A stretch of DNA of 44,936 nucleotides, from the IMG/VR virus record IMGVR_UViG_3300037243_000031, positions 1 through 44,936 of that record. The stretch is one strand, 5' to 3'. Each line of letters opens with the position of its first letter. Position 1 is the first letter of the stretch. A program made the translations under genes and the position numbers. A model generated the notes under the pieces. That model was not told the DNA's origin, made no database searches, and was given only the letters and a program-made list of their open reading frames with translations. This DNA comes from a virus. Taxonomy: Duplodnaviria; Caudoviricetes. Positions 24,541 to 32,913 of the stretch are shown here, one piece after another.

Positions 24541-25853
24541 CAGTAGTGCCACTCCAACGCGTACCCCATGTCTTGCAGCACGGGAAGCTGCTTTTCAAGC
24601 CGCTCGCCGATATCGTCCCGCCAGCCAGGGGAGTGCGATATCTCTATGGTTTTAAGCGCGCGTTTGGCGCGCTTCTGAGCACCGTGGATGTCGAAGTCCG
24701 TCCCGGTTGCGATCAGTACGTAATCGCCGCACGTAACAGGGCCTTTCTTGTAGACGATCTTATCGTCTTCCTCATCAACCACGTCGCCAAGCATGACTTC
24801 GCAATAGTGAATATCTTCCATCACGAGGCGTTCGGTGTTGTAGATCGGATAGCCGGTGCAGTTGCGCTTCGTGTACTGCGTGAAGGGGTAATCGGGGATC
24901 GTCGCTACGATGCCAACAGCAGTTTCATCAAGCACTTCGAGCGTATCTTCACCGTCGAGAAGATCCTTCATCCACCGGGACGGGTCGCCGATGTGGAGGC
25001 TGCTCTGGATGGTAAAGCACGGCCAGCCGGGGCGCGACGTAAACTCCAAAGGCCAAGGCACACCTTTGTCGTCGATAATGGCGGCAACGTCGATGTAGCC
25101 CCTGTAGTTGATCGAATGCAGATACGATGTCAGCGGCGTAAGCAGTTTGTCGACAAGCTTTGACTCTTTGACGTACCGCATAACCGTGCCTTGCTCGCCA
25201 GTGTTCACGCCTGTATCGCCCGGCAAGTGCTTTTTAAACTCCGCATTTTCGGTGTACCACTTCGAAAATCCTTTCTTGCCAAACCACCCGCCGATTGCCA
25301 TTTCGATACCGCCCACGAACGGTTGCAAGATGAAACCCTGCGACTGGGGGGCCTCAGTCTTCCAGCGGTCCAGCATGCCGATCATGTCGCGCGGCGACTT
25401 AGCCACGTATGAAAGGGCTTTGTCCACGTCGGAATTGGGCTTACAGACGAAGCGCTCCATTTTCGACGCGACATACTCTTTGGCTTTGTCGTAGTCGTTG
25501 AACTCGACGGAGGGCATCGTTTTGATGCCGCACTTTTTGAAGATGTCTTGTCCGAACTGGCGATCAAGCTCCATCTTGGCCGCCGCGATGTTCGGGCCGA
25601 AAATCGGATAGCCCCGCTTCTGATAGGGCTCTAGCTCTTCCATCAGGTTGGCGTTATCGGTAAGGAAGATGAGATCAGCCCATTGCATATGAGGCTTCCA
25701 TTCGGGGACCGTCTTCACGTACCCGTCGCCGATAGGGTTCCGCTTTTCACCGTCGCGCGGCTTCATCCACACTCGAATATCGTGGCCGGCATCCTGGCAT
25801 CTCATGGCCCAGTCCAGCGCGCCGCCGATGCAGTCAATTAACAAAATTCGCAT
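24540..25853 (-). CDS. PurD/GARS-like ATP-grasp ligase
   Basis: IFGPNIAAAKMELDR, FVCKP, ILQPFVGGIE, KKHLPGDTGVNTGEQG and LEFTSRPGWP correspond to GARS FGP..AAQLE, GPNTGGMG and EFNCRFGDP. Confidence 0.85.
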   Translation of the reverse strand: MRILLIDCIGGALDWAMRCQDAGHDIRVWMKPRDGEKRNPIGDGYVKTVPEWKPHMQWADLIFLTDNANLMEELEPYQKRGYPIFGPNIAAAKMELDRQFGQDIFKKCGIKTMPSVEFNDYDKAKEYVASKMERFVCKPNSDVDKALSYVAKSPRDMIGMLDRWKTEAPQSQGFILQPFVGGIEMAIGGWFGKKGFSKWYTENAEFKKHLPGDTGVNTGEQGTVMRYVKESKLVDKLLTPLTSYLHSINYRGYIDVAAIIDDKGVPWPLEFTSRPGWPCFTIQSSLHIGDPSRWMKDLLDGEDTLEVLDETAVGIVATIPDYPFTQYTKRNCTGYPIYNTERLVMEDIHYCEVMLGDVVDEEDDKIVYKKGPVTCGDYVLIATGTDFDIHGAQKRAKRALKTIEISHSPGWRDDIGERLEKQLPVLQDMGYALEWHY

Positions 25854-25895
25854 GTTGCGCATCCTCGTTCGTTAGGCTAGAGTATACCCCAAGCC

Positions 25896-25995
25896 TTGGC
25901 GGGCCTAAACAGATAAGGTCTCACATGCAAGCTGCGGGTTATCTGGCCCGTCCGCCAACGTCCGAAAGGATGAGCTTGCAGGTGAGACCTTTTTC
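25896..25995 (+). ncRNA. C4-antisense-like structured RNA with upstream complementary sites
   Basis: Nested stems 25915-24/25982-91 and 25926-33/25973-80 enclose two hairpins. Unpaired TTATCTG and CCGCCAA complement upstream CAGATAA and TTGGCGG. Confidence 0.7.
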
Positions 25996-26009
25996 ATTAG
26001 GTTTTCAGA

Positions 26010-26573
26010 ATGACCACTAAGTTATGCAACGGCTGCAAACAGACTAAACTCTTCGCCGACTTCCCTAAAGACAAAAATAAGAAAAACGGCTTGAAGCCTC
26101 GGTGCAAGTTGTGCATGAAAGCTTACCGGCTCGCCAACCGCGAGCATCTTCAGGCGTACCATAAAGCGTGGGCCGCCACCAACCCCGATAGACGGCGCGA
26201 GATAAGCCGACAGTGGTCGCGCGACAACCGGGCGTCGCTCGACGCCTGGGGCAAAGCAAACAGCGAAAAAGTAAAAGAGACAAAAACCCGTTGGAAAAAG
26301 AACAACATCGCGGCGGTGAACGCCGACACAGCGTACCGCCGCGCGGTAAGAGACCAAGCGACCCCCGCGTGGGCGAACAAAGCCGAGATGCGGAAGGCTT
26401 ATGATGCGGCCCAATTTCTCGGTATGGTTACTGGCGAGTGGCACCACGTAGACCACATCGTGCCTCTTCGTTCGTGGCTAGTATGCGGGCTGCACTGCGA
26501 AGCGAACCTTCGCGTCATCACTGAGAAAGAAAACTTGCACAAGAGCAATATCCACTGGCCTGATATGCCTTGA
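26010..26573 (+). CDS. HNH endonuclease with N-terminal zinc finger
   Basis: CNGC...CKLC; HHVDHIVPL...GLHCEANL...EN..K. Confidence 0.9.
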   Translation: MTTKLCNGCKQTKLFADFPKDKNKKNGLKPRCKLCMKAYRLANREHLQAYHKAWAATNPDRRREISRQWSRDNRASLDAWGKANSEKVKETKTRWKKNNIAAVNADTAYRRAVRDQATPAWANKAEMRKAYDAAQFLGMVTGEWHHVDHIVPLRSWLVCGLHCEANLRVITEKENLHKSNIHWPDMP

Positions 26574-26597
26574 CTTCCGTTTCGCAACTGCTATAGT
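26570..26597 (+). promoter_or_regulatory. promoter, repeated cassette copy 5
   Basis: TTGACT-16-TATAGT with TTTCGCAACTGC. Confidence 0.78.
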
Positions 26598-26629
26598 GAA
26601 GTCGTACAAACAACTGAGGGGAAAACATT

Positions 26630-26917
26630 ATGTTCGAGATCGCCGGCGGAATCATCCTCGCAGCTGTCATACTTTGCAACTTCGAAGCCGTCTTCAAGTT
26701 CGCATATTACGCCATAGCCATCGGTTTTTTCGGTTTCCTGCTCATCCTCGGTTTAGATACTTTCTTTCGTCAAACCGGCGAAGACCAAATTACCTTTCTC
26801 TGCATCTGCGCTGTCGTAGCCCTGCTTTTCTACTTCCACATCAAAAGAGAGAACAGGAAGACGGCTAAGGAACTTGCGAAGATCCACGCCGAAGCCGTCG
26901 ATTACCATCAGCGCTGA
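26630..26917 (+). CDS. small inner-membrane protein (moron-like, possible superinfection exclusion)
   Basis: Three hydrophobic segments, own promoter and GAGGGG RBS, antisense to the virion operon. Confidence 0.7.
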   Translation: MFEIAGGIILAAVILCNFEAVFKFAYYAIAIGFFGFLLILGLDTFFRQTGEDQITFLCICAVVALLFYFHIKRENRKTAKELAKIHAEAVDYHQR

Positions 26918-28851
26918 GAGTCGTCGCGCTGCGCATTCAAGTTGGATTGCTCAGTGACCTTGGAGCTAGCCACGTTTCGCGCACGCGCAAAGTCCGCGAT
27001 TCTGTCTACGGCCTGCTTTGACACACCGGCATCTTTTAACCGCTGGATGCCCCCCGGCTTCGTCGCGATGTCGATCATCGCTAGCGCCTGCTTCTCAGGG
27101 ATCTTAAACTCGTGCGCCAACCGCAAAGCAGTCCCTAGTCCGGGGATCGCTTTGCTTGCGGCCACGTTCACCCCGTGGGAAGCCATGCGCGCCTCATTCT
27201 CAGTATGGAATTCGGCTTGATGGTTGCCGCCTTTACTGACTTCCGAACTGACACGCTGGCGCGCGGCTTCCTTCATGAAGACTTTCCGGATGTCGTTTGC
27301 ATTCTTGTCGCCGAGCACTTCAACCAGTTGCGGATCGCGCATCCGATCGGCGATCTTCGTCAAAGCGCCTTCAGACATACGGCCGGCGTCGTTTATGTAC
27401 TTCTCCATGCCGTCGACCATACCGAGCTTGGCGTACTCTTTCTGCTCGGCATTCATTCCGCGAAATTGCTCAATGTCAGCGTTCTTCATCCCGAATGCGT
27501 AGGAGTGGCCCCATGATTGCGCGCCGAGAATGCCGGTCTTAGAGTCTTCACCGCCTAAGCGCGCCGCTAACTGCTGCGCATTCACAATATTACCGGTCTG
27601 CTGATCCTTAACCGCGCGCTGCGCTGCGGAAAGCGTGCCGTAGCGAATCGAGCCGGGGCCTTCGTCCTGAGCGGCTTTTCCGATCGCTTTCTGAAGATCG
27701 TCAAGCGCTGCGGACGGAATCGAAGTTACCTGACCGTCTTTCATCCGGGGCTTGGGTGCGGCCTGAAGATCCGAGATACCGGCTTCACGTCCCGCCTTAA
27801 AATCCTTCATCGCATGTTCGTACATCGGCTTAACTTCCGGATGGTCGAGAATGCGCTGAAGTTCCGGCGTTACCGCCACGCTTTCAGTTTTCGAAAGCGT
27901 GTAGGTATCTTTCCTCTGCGTCTGAAGTTTTTCAATGTTATCGATCATCGACTCTTTCGTACGCTGGAGCGGTTGCGTAGACGCTACGCCGGCGGAGATG
28001 CGCTCCGCCTGCCCCGAAGCATCCTGACGCAGGGTGTCGCCTAGAGCCTTGGCAGTGCCTTGCGTGCGGCCCCCTTCCTTTCCGACGAGCGAGGCTACTT
28101 TCGGGCTGAAATCAGCTAAGCGTCCGTCAGGGTTCGCGCGCATGTACTCGGCGAGTTCTGAAACGCTCTTGCCGTCTTTCTTCAGCGCCAGTTTTAGTTG
28201 CTCGGCGGCAGCGCGGCTTGCGTCAAAGCCGACAGCGCCCATACGGTTTAGCAAAGGCGCAGCTAAGGTTCCGAGCGCGGAGAGGCCTAGTGATCCTAAA
28301 GCGCCTATCGCGGCACCCTCCACGCCCGCGCGAACATGCTCGCCGCCGGACGCGCCGGACGACACGCTGTTAGCCCCCATAGCGCCGCCCATAGCGCCGC
28401 CCACCGCCGCGCGTTTCGCTACCAATCCAAGCCCTGCCGCGCCCACCTTGGCGGCGTTGGCTTCACCTAGACCGGGAATGAGACCGGTTGCGCCGGCTAC
28501 CGCAAGATCCACGCCGAAGGCCGCAAGAGGGTGATCTGCGCGATAGTGTTTTTCGGTGTCGCGGATTGTTGCTTCCATTTGCTTGAAGCCGAGAGCGCCC
28601 GCTACAGTTGCGGCGGTCCCTAATGTGGCCGATTGCAGAGCAGTCGCGGCAATGCCTTTCGCATCGAGCGCACTGGTTTCAGTTTTAGCAGGTTGCGGAG
28701 CGGTCTTCGGTTTAGCGGCAGACGCCGGCTGATACTTTTGTTTGAGTGCGGCAACTTGAGACGACGAAGCGCCGCCGTACTGCGCCACGCGCGAGTCACC
28801 GGGTTCCTGATACGTTACACCGTCGTCGGTGCTGCCGAGATCGTCAGCCAT
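26908..28851 (-). CDS. DNA ejection/internal virion protein (P22 gp16 position)
   Basis: 647 aa, helical, Gly/Ala-rich membrane-like segment; last of three large genes. Confidence 0.7.
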   Translation of the reverse strand: MADDLGSTDDGVTYQEPGDSRVAQYGGASSSQVAALKQKYQPASAAKPKTAPQPAKTETSALDAKGIAATALQSATLGTAATVAGALGFKQMEATIRDTEKHYRADHPLAAFGVDLAVAGATGLIPGLGEANAAKVGAAGLGLVAKRAAVGGAMGGAMGANSVSSGASGGEHVRAGVEGAAIGALGSLGLSALGTLAAPLLNRMGAVGFDASRAAAEQLKLALKKDGKSVSELAEYMRANPDGRLADFSPKVASLVGKEGGRTQGTAKALGDTLRQDASGQAERISAGVASTQPLQRTKESMIDNIEKLQTQRKDTYTLSKTESVAVTPELQRILDHPEVKPMYEHAMKDFKAGREAGISDLQAAPKPRMKDGQVTSIPSAALDDLQKAIGKAAQDEGPGSIRYGTLSAAQRAVKDQQTGNIVNAQQLAARLGGEDSKTGILGAQSWGHSYAFGMKNADIEQFRGMNAEQKEYAKLGMVDGMEKYINDAGRMSEGALTKIADRMRDPQLVEVLGDKNANDIRKVFMKEAARQRVSSEVSKGGNHQAEFHTENEARMASHGVNVAASKAIPGLGTALRLAHEFKIPEKQALAMIDIATKPGGIQRLKDAGVSKQAVDRIADFARARNVASSKVTEQSNLNAQRDDSQR

Positions 28852-30897
28852 TTAAAAATGCCCCTGCGAGAAAAATAGATGAGGGTCTTTATAGTCAGGA
28901 TTGGCGCCTCCGTCTTCCAACGTCGGGATACCGGCCGTGTTTGGAACCATAGTTTTCGTAGCAGGATCATAAATCTGCGTCGGGCCGAGGGCCTGCTCAT
29001 ACGTTCGGTACGCGACGATACCGGATTGAACGGGCGCATCAGGGTTCGTTTTACGATACTCATCCAACCAGTTGTTCATCTGGACCTGCGCTGCGGCACC
29101 TACATAGAGCCCGTGCGCCACCGCCTTATTGGCCGCTGGGTCTAACGTCAAATTCGGCTTTGCTTTCGCGTAGTTGGCGTACATCGCGGCGGTCGAAGCC
29201 GACCTCGCCCCACCATTTGCGCCAGCAAGAAGCTGCATTTGCTGAACCAGGTTGTTCGTCAGTTTCACAAACTCCTGTTGGTGAGCGTCAAGCAACGGGC
29301 CCCCGATACCCTCACGGATACCCATACCGATCCCGCCAGTAGTGACTGTACCTTTGTCTACCATGACATAGGCTTGCGCCGCAAGATCACGCACATTTTG
29401 AGCACCGGTTACGGCTTGCGAATTAGCCTTATCGTAGGCGGTATTCGTAGCGGTGATCTGCTTCTGCGCGGCGGCGATCTGCACAGGCGTCGTGCCGACA
29501 GGCGCAGTCGCGGCAATCGAAGGCGCAAACGGGATACCTTTGGCGGTATTGGCCTTTTCCCGCGCTTGATCAGCCTGTACCGCTTGCTGCTGCTGAATAC
29601 GCGGCAAAGCGTCTTTAGCTTCCTGCCTCTGCTCCTGCGCCTGCTTAACCTGAAGTTCGCCCTTCTTGATCTGCAAGTCGGCCTGATCTTTCAAGGTCAA
29701 CGTGCGATCCGCCAGCGTGGCGAGTTTTTGCTGATCCAAATCGTACTGGCCGGTCAAGTTCAACCCGGCTACCGCGCGTTGCATAGCCGGGTTGTTGCGG
29801 ATCTGCGCTTGGAAATTGGCGTAGGACGGTTGGTCTTTTACGCCGACTGCTAGATCGGCAGTTTCTTTGTTCGCTTCCTTCTGAACTGTAAAGCCTTCTT
29901 TCTGAGTCTTCAAGGCTTGATCGACCAACGTGTTCGCCTTCTCAGTGAACGCTTGGCCCGCACGTACGTTGCCCGCTTGAAACGCCTTCTGCGCGGCATC
30001 CTTATACATCGACGCCTGCTTGAATGTCGCCTGCGCGGACTGTTGGTATTCATCCGGGCGCACCTGCGCGCCGGCGTCCACACGTGCCGCGAGGTTGTCG
30101 GCTGCACTCGGCTGGTTCAGTGAATTCGAAGCCTGCTGGGCCGCCTGCCCTTGCTGCTGCGCCTGCTTCTGCCCCTGAACAGCATTCGCATTCTGCAAAG
30201 TTGATTCCGCAGCCGCGCGCCCATTCTCGTGGATGGCGATAGCGCGAGCCAGCGATGCGCGAACCTGCGGATCCTGCATATTCAGAGGCTGCGACGGATC
30301 GACGCCCAAGCGTTGTGCCACGTCCTTGATGTAGGACGCGCTGTCGTTACCGGCGGACGCGGGCGCCCACCTGTTCACGATATCTTGAACAGTGTTGATA
30401 CCCTTGTTGCCGTAGCTCTGCAAGTTGCTGTCGAGCGCCTGCATCCCCGCTTGGACGGTCGGGAACTTTTGAAGCTGTCCGTCCTTGCCCATCAGGGCGC
30501 CGGGGTTGTTATTCCGAAGGGGCGCCGGCAAAGACGGGTTTGCTACTTGCTGCGTGCTAACCGGAGCCGGGTTAGACGCAGCCAGTGCGTCGCCAGCCGC
30601 CTGTGGCGCGGCTGCGGTTTGCCCTTGCGACGGCTGCGCCTGCCCTGCCAACCCGTTCGCCCCGCCGCCATACACGTCCTGCGCAGCGCCGGTCAGAAAC
30701 CCGGTTTGCGCCTGGTCTTGGTTGATCGCGTTTTGCTGTGCTTGGATGTCGAGCGTCTTGGACTGATTCGCTAACTGACCGGCGGCCAACGACTGTGCCT
30801 GCTGTTGGCGTTGGAAGGCCAGCTGCTCTTGCTGATTGTTGTAGTCGTTATACGACGTAGCAGCCGACGAAAGGAGGTTCCCGAGTAGTGAAGGCAT
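28852..30897 (-). CDS. DNA ejection protein (gp20 position) with lysozyme-like RNNNPG domain
   Basis: Gln/Ala-rich coiled coil; LRNNNPGAL...IVNRWAP...AIAIHENG insert. Confidence 0.72.
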   Translation of the reverse strand: MPSLLGNLLSSAATSYNDYNNQQEQLAFQRQQQAQSLAAGQLANQSKTLDIQAQQNAINQDQAQTGFLTGAAQDVYGGGANGLAGQAQPSQGQTAAAPQAAGDALAASNPAPVSTQQVANPSLPAPLRNNNPGALMGKDGQLQKFPTVQAGMQALDSNLQSYGNKGINTVQDIVNRWAPASAGNDSASYIKDVAQRLGVDPSQPLNMQDPQVRASLARAIAIHENGRAAAESTLQNANAVQGQKQAQQQGQAAQQASNSLNQPSAADNLAARVDAGAQVRPDEYQQSAQATFKQASMYKDAAQKAFQAGNVRAGQAFTEKANTLVDQALKTQKEGFTVQKEANKETADLAVGVKDQPSYANFQAQIRNNPAMQRAVAGLNLTGQYDLDQQKLATLADRTLTLKDQADLQIKKGELQVKQAQEQRQEAKDALPRIQQQQAVQADQAREKANTAKGIPFAPSIAATAPVGTTPVQIAAAQKQITATNTAYDKANSQAVTGAQNVRDLAAQAYVMVDKGTVTTGGIGMGIREGIGGPLLDAHQQEFVKLTNNLVQQMQLLAGANGGARSASTAAMYANYAKAKPNLTLDPAANKAVAHGLYVGAAAQVQMNNWLDEYRKTNPDAPVQSGIVAYRTYEQALGPTQIYDPATKTMVPNTAGIPTLEDGGANPDYKDPHLFFSQGHF

Positions 30898-30899
30898 CG

Positions 30900-32054
30900 T
30901 TACTCCGTGAATCCGAAAGAATTGCTGCCGCTGTAGGTGTAGTCAGAGCCCGATTGACCCGCCGAAGTACCGTAGAGCGCGCCGCTACCCGAGATATCCG
31001 AGCCCGAAGTGCTGGTGCCGTCTCCGCCATTGAAGTCGCCGGTATAACCCCCGGTAGACCCGCTGCTACCGTACTGGCTCGCCAACTGCCCCGCACCTTG
31101 CGCCAACTGCCCAATACCCGTGCCGATCGAGGAACCAGCGGCGTTGTATTGGCCTAAGAGCAACTGTGCTGCCGCTGAGTTGTTGCCTACGCCCGCCAGG
31201 TTCGAAAGCTGGTTGTACTGCTGATTGTTCGTCGCAAGCCCGCTCTGCTGCGCACCCGCCAGCTGGTTGTAGCCCTGCTGATTTGCCTGCAACCCCAACC
31301 CTGCCGCGTTTGACGCCTGAGAGTAGGCCTGCTGATTTGCCTGCAACCCGAGCCCCGCCGCGTTCGACAACTGGCCGTAGTTCTGGCCCTGCTGCGCTGC
31401 TGCTTGCGAAGACAGTCCGGTCAGTTGCGACAAGTCAGTGTTGTATGCGTTCTGCCCGAACGACTGGCCGTAGCTCTGAAGCGCGGCAAGCTGGTTGCCG
31501 GACGCGTTTAGCCCTTGCGCAGCCAAGGTTGAGTTGACCGCGCCTTGCCCTTGATTGAACGCTGCCTGATACTGCGGCGTCTGGTAGATGCTGCTCGGAT
31601 TCTGAATCAAGTTCGAGATCTGACCGTTGATCCCTTGCAGGTTCAGACTGTTCAGGCCAGCGCCGCCCTGTTGCGCCGCGCTAAGAGCGGGGTTGATCGC
31701 CGTTTGCCCGGCTGCCCCCGCCTGTCCAGCCAGTCCTTGCGCTCCGCTAACGATTCCGCTCGCGTTGTTTGAGGTGTTGTCGGCGTATGTGCCGAGCGCT
31801 TGCTGACCGTTGTTCCCGTAGGAGCCGAACGTGCCGTTCGCGGCGCTTCCGGCCAGTTGTGCGGCCGAAGCGCCCGCATACTGGTTGTAGGGGCTCGCTA
31901 CGTTCGCGAGGCCTTGGGCTTCGCTGGCCGACAGCAACCCGCCAGCGATGCCCGTGGCGCCGGCGGCGAGGTTACCTCCTGCCGGGCTCGGCGAAGGCGC
32001 AAGCGCGCTGCTCACAACCGAGCCTACTACAGATGCTGCTACTCCCCACGGCAT
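30900..32054 (-). CDS. DNA ejection/pilot protein (gp7 position)
   Basis: G/A/Q/N/S-rich, hydrophobic N-terminus, 18-aa repeats. Confidence 0.7.
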   Translation of the reverse strand: MPWGVAASVVGSVVSSALAPSPSPAGGNLAAGATGIAGGLLSASEAQGLANVASPYNQYAGASAAQLAGSAANGTFGSYGNNGQQALGTYADNTSNNASGIVSGAQGLAGQAGAAGQTAINPALSAAQQGGAGLNSLNLQGINGQISNLIQNPSSIYQTPQYQAAFNQGQGAVNSTLAAQGLNASGNQLAALQSYGQSFGQNAYNTDLSQLTGLSSQAAAQQGQNYGQLSNAAGLGLQANQQAYSQASNAAGLGLQANQQGYNQLAGAQQSGLATNNQQYNQLSNLAGVGNNSAAAQLLLGQYNAAGSSIGTGIGQLAQGAGQLASQYGSSGSTGGYTGDFNGGDGTSTSGSDISGSGALYGTSAGQSGSDYTYSGSNSFGFTE

Positions 32055-32350
32055 ATCAACACCTCGTCTACTTTTTCAGGATCGGTTTCTTCAGTGGCGT
32101 GGACGCAAAACCAAACCGCGTTTTTCAAAGCCGTAACTTTATGAACCGTCTCGGCGGCGATCGTAATCACGGCCGGCGCTACGTAGATCGTCGTTTCCCC
32201 ATTCACTTCCACGGCCACGATGCCCGACGCCAGGATCGACATGTGCTCGTAGGTGTGTTTGTGCTGCTCCGCCCACAAACCAGCGGCAATATGCGCCTCT
32301 TTGGCGTACACGCCTTTCGAGAAATGGTGCTTGATGCCTAAGTCGATCAT
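32039..32350 (-). CDS. cupin-fold protein
   Basis: QHKHTYEH...VHKV metal ligands; ATG 32350 overlaps the upstream TGA. Confidence 0.8.
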   Translation of the reverse strand: MIDLGIKHHFSKGVYAKEAHIAAGLWAEQHKHTYEHMSILASGIVAVEVNGETTIYVAPAVITIAAETVHKVTALKNAVWFCVHATEETDPEKVDEVLICRGE

Positions 32351-32913
32351 TTGAACTTGTCCGTTCGGATGCACACAATCAGCGTCATGCGCCACTGGCT
32401 GCTGTCGTTCGTCACCCAATGCTCGTGTCGGTTATCGAAGCGGTACACGTCGCCTACCTCCGGCTCAATTACCTCATCTTCCGACCAGAACTTGGCGCCG
32501 GGTGCCGCTTTCAGCGAGATATAAAACTTGTCGTAGTAGTCTACGTGCCAACCTTTATCGACGTGCTTCGCGATTCCGTTTCCGGGCGGTATACCCGTGA
32601 TCAGAACGCCGCCGATCATCTCACCCTCGACGCGCGCCATTAAGTCGAAAATGACGGGTTTTAGTGCCGGCACCTTCTCCCAGGCGGGGTACCAGACCGG
32701 CACGTGTTCGTCGTTAAATCCGGTCAAGTCGCCTTTTGCAAGGTACTTCTGCACGTCATTGTACCGCACCCAGATATCGGACATATCGACGTGCGGGGAT
32801 CCGGGGAGCGTTCTACGGAGGGGGTTTTGATCCCACAACTCAGGCTGCTCGGCAATTTGCCGATTAATCTCCGCAACATCGACTTTATACGGTAGTTTCT
32901 GAAAAAGCTTCAT
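32347..32913 (-). CDS. Asp/Asn beta-hydroxylase-like 2OG-Fe(II) dioxygenase
   Basis: HVD, FDNRHEHWVTN distal His, 2OG-binding Arg in WRMTLIV. Confidence 0.85.
   Translation of the reverse strand: MKLFQKLPYKVDVAEINRQIAEQPELWDQNPLRRTLPGSPHVDMSDIWVRYNDVQKYLAKGDLTGFNDEHVPVWYPAWEKVPALKPVIFDLMARVEGEMIGGVLITGIPPGNGIAKHVDKGWHVDYYDKFYISLKAAPGAKFWSEDEVIEPEVGDVYRFDNRHEHWVTNDSSQWRMTLIVCIRTDKFK

Noticed and set aside
24540-25853. Calling this purD, a purine-synthesis auxiliary gene
   Set aside because: Substrate-binding motifs differ from GARS and no other pur genes are present; kept as PurD-like only.
25896-25995. tRNA or simple terminator
   Set aside because: No T-loop, anticodon arm or CCA; the internal hairpins and upstream complementarity exceed what a terminator needs.
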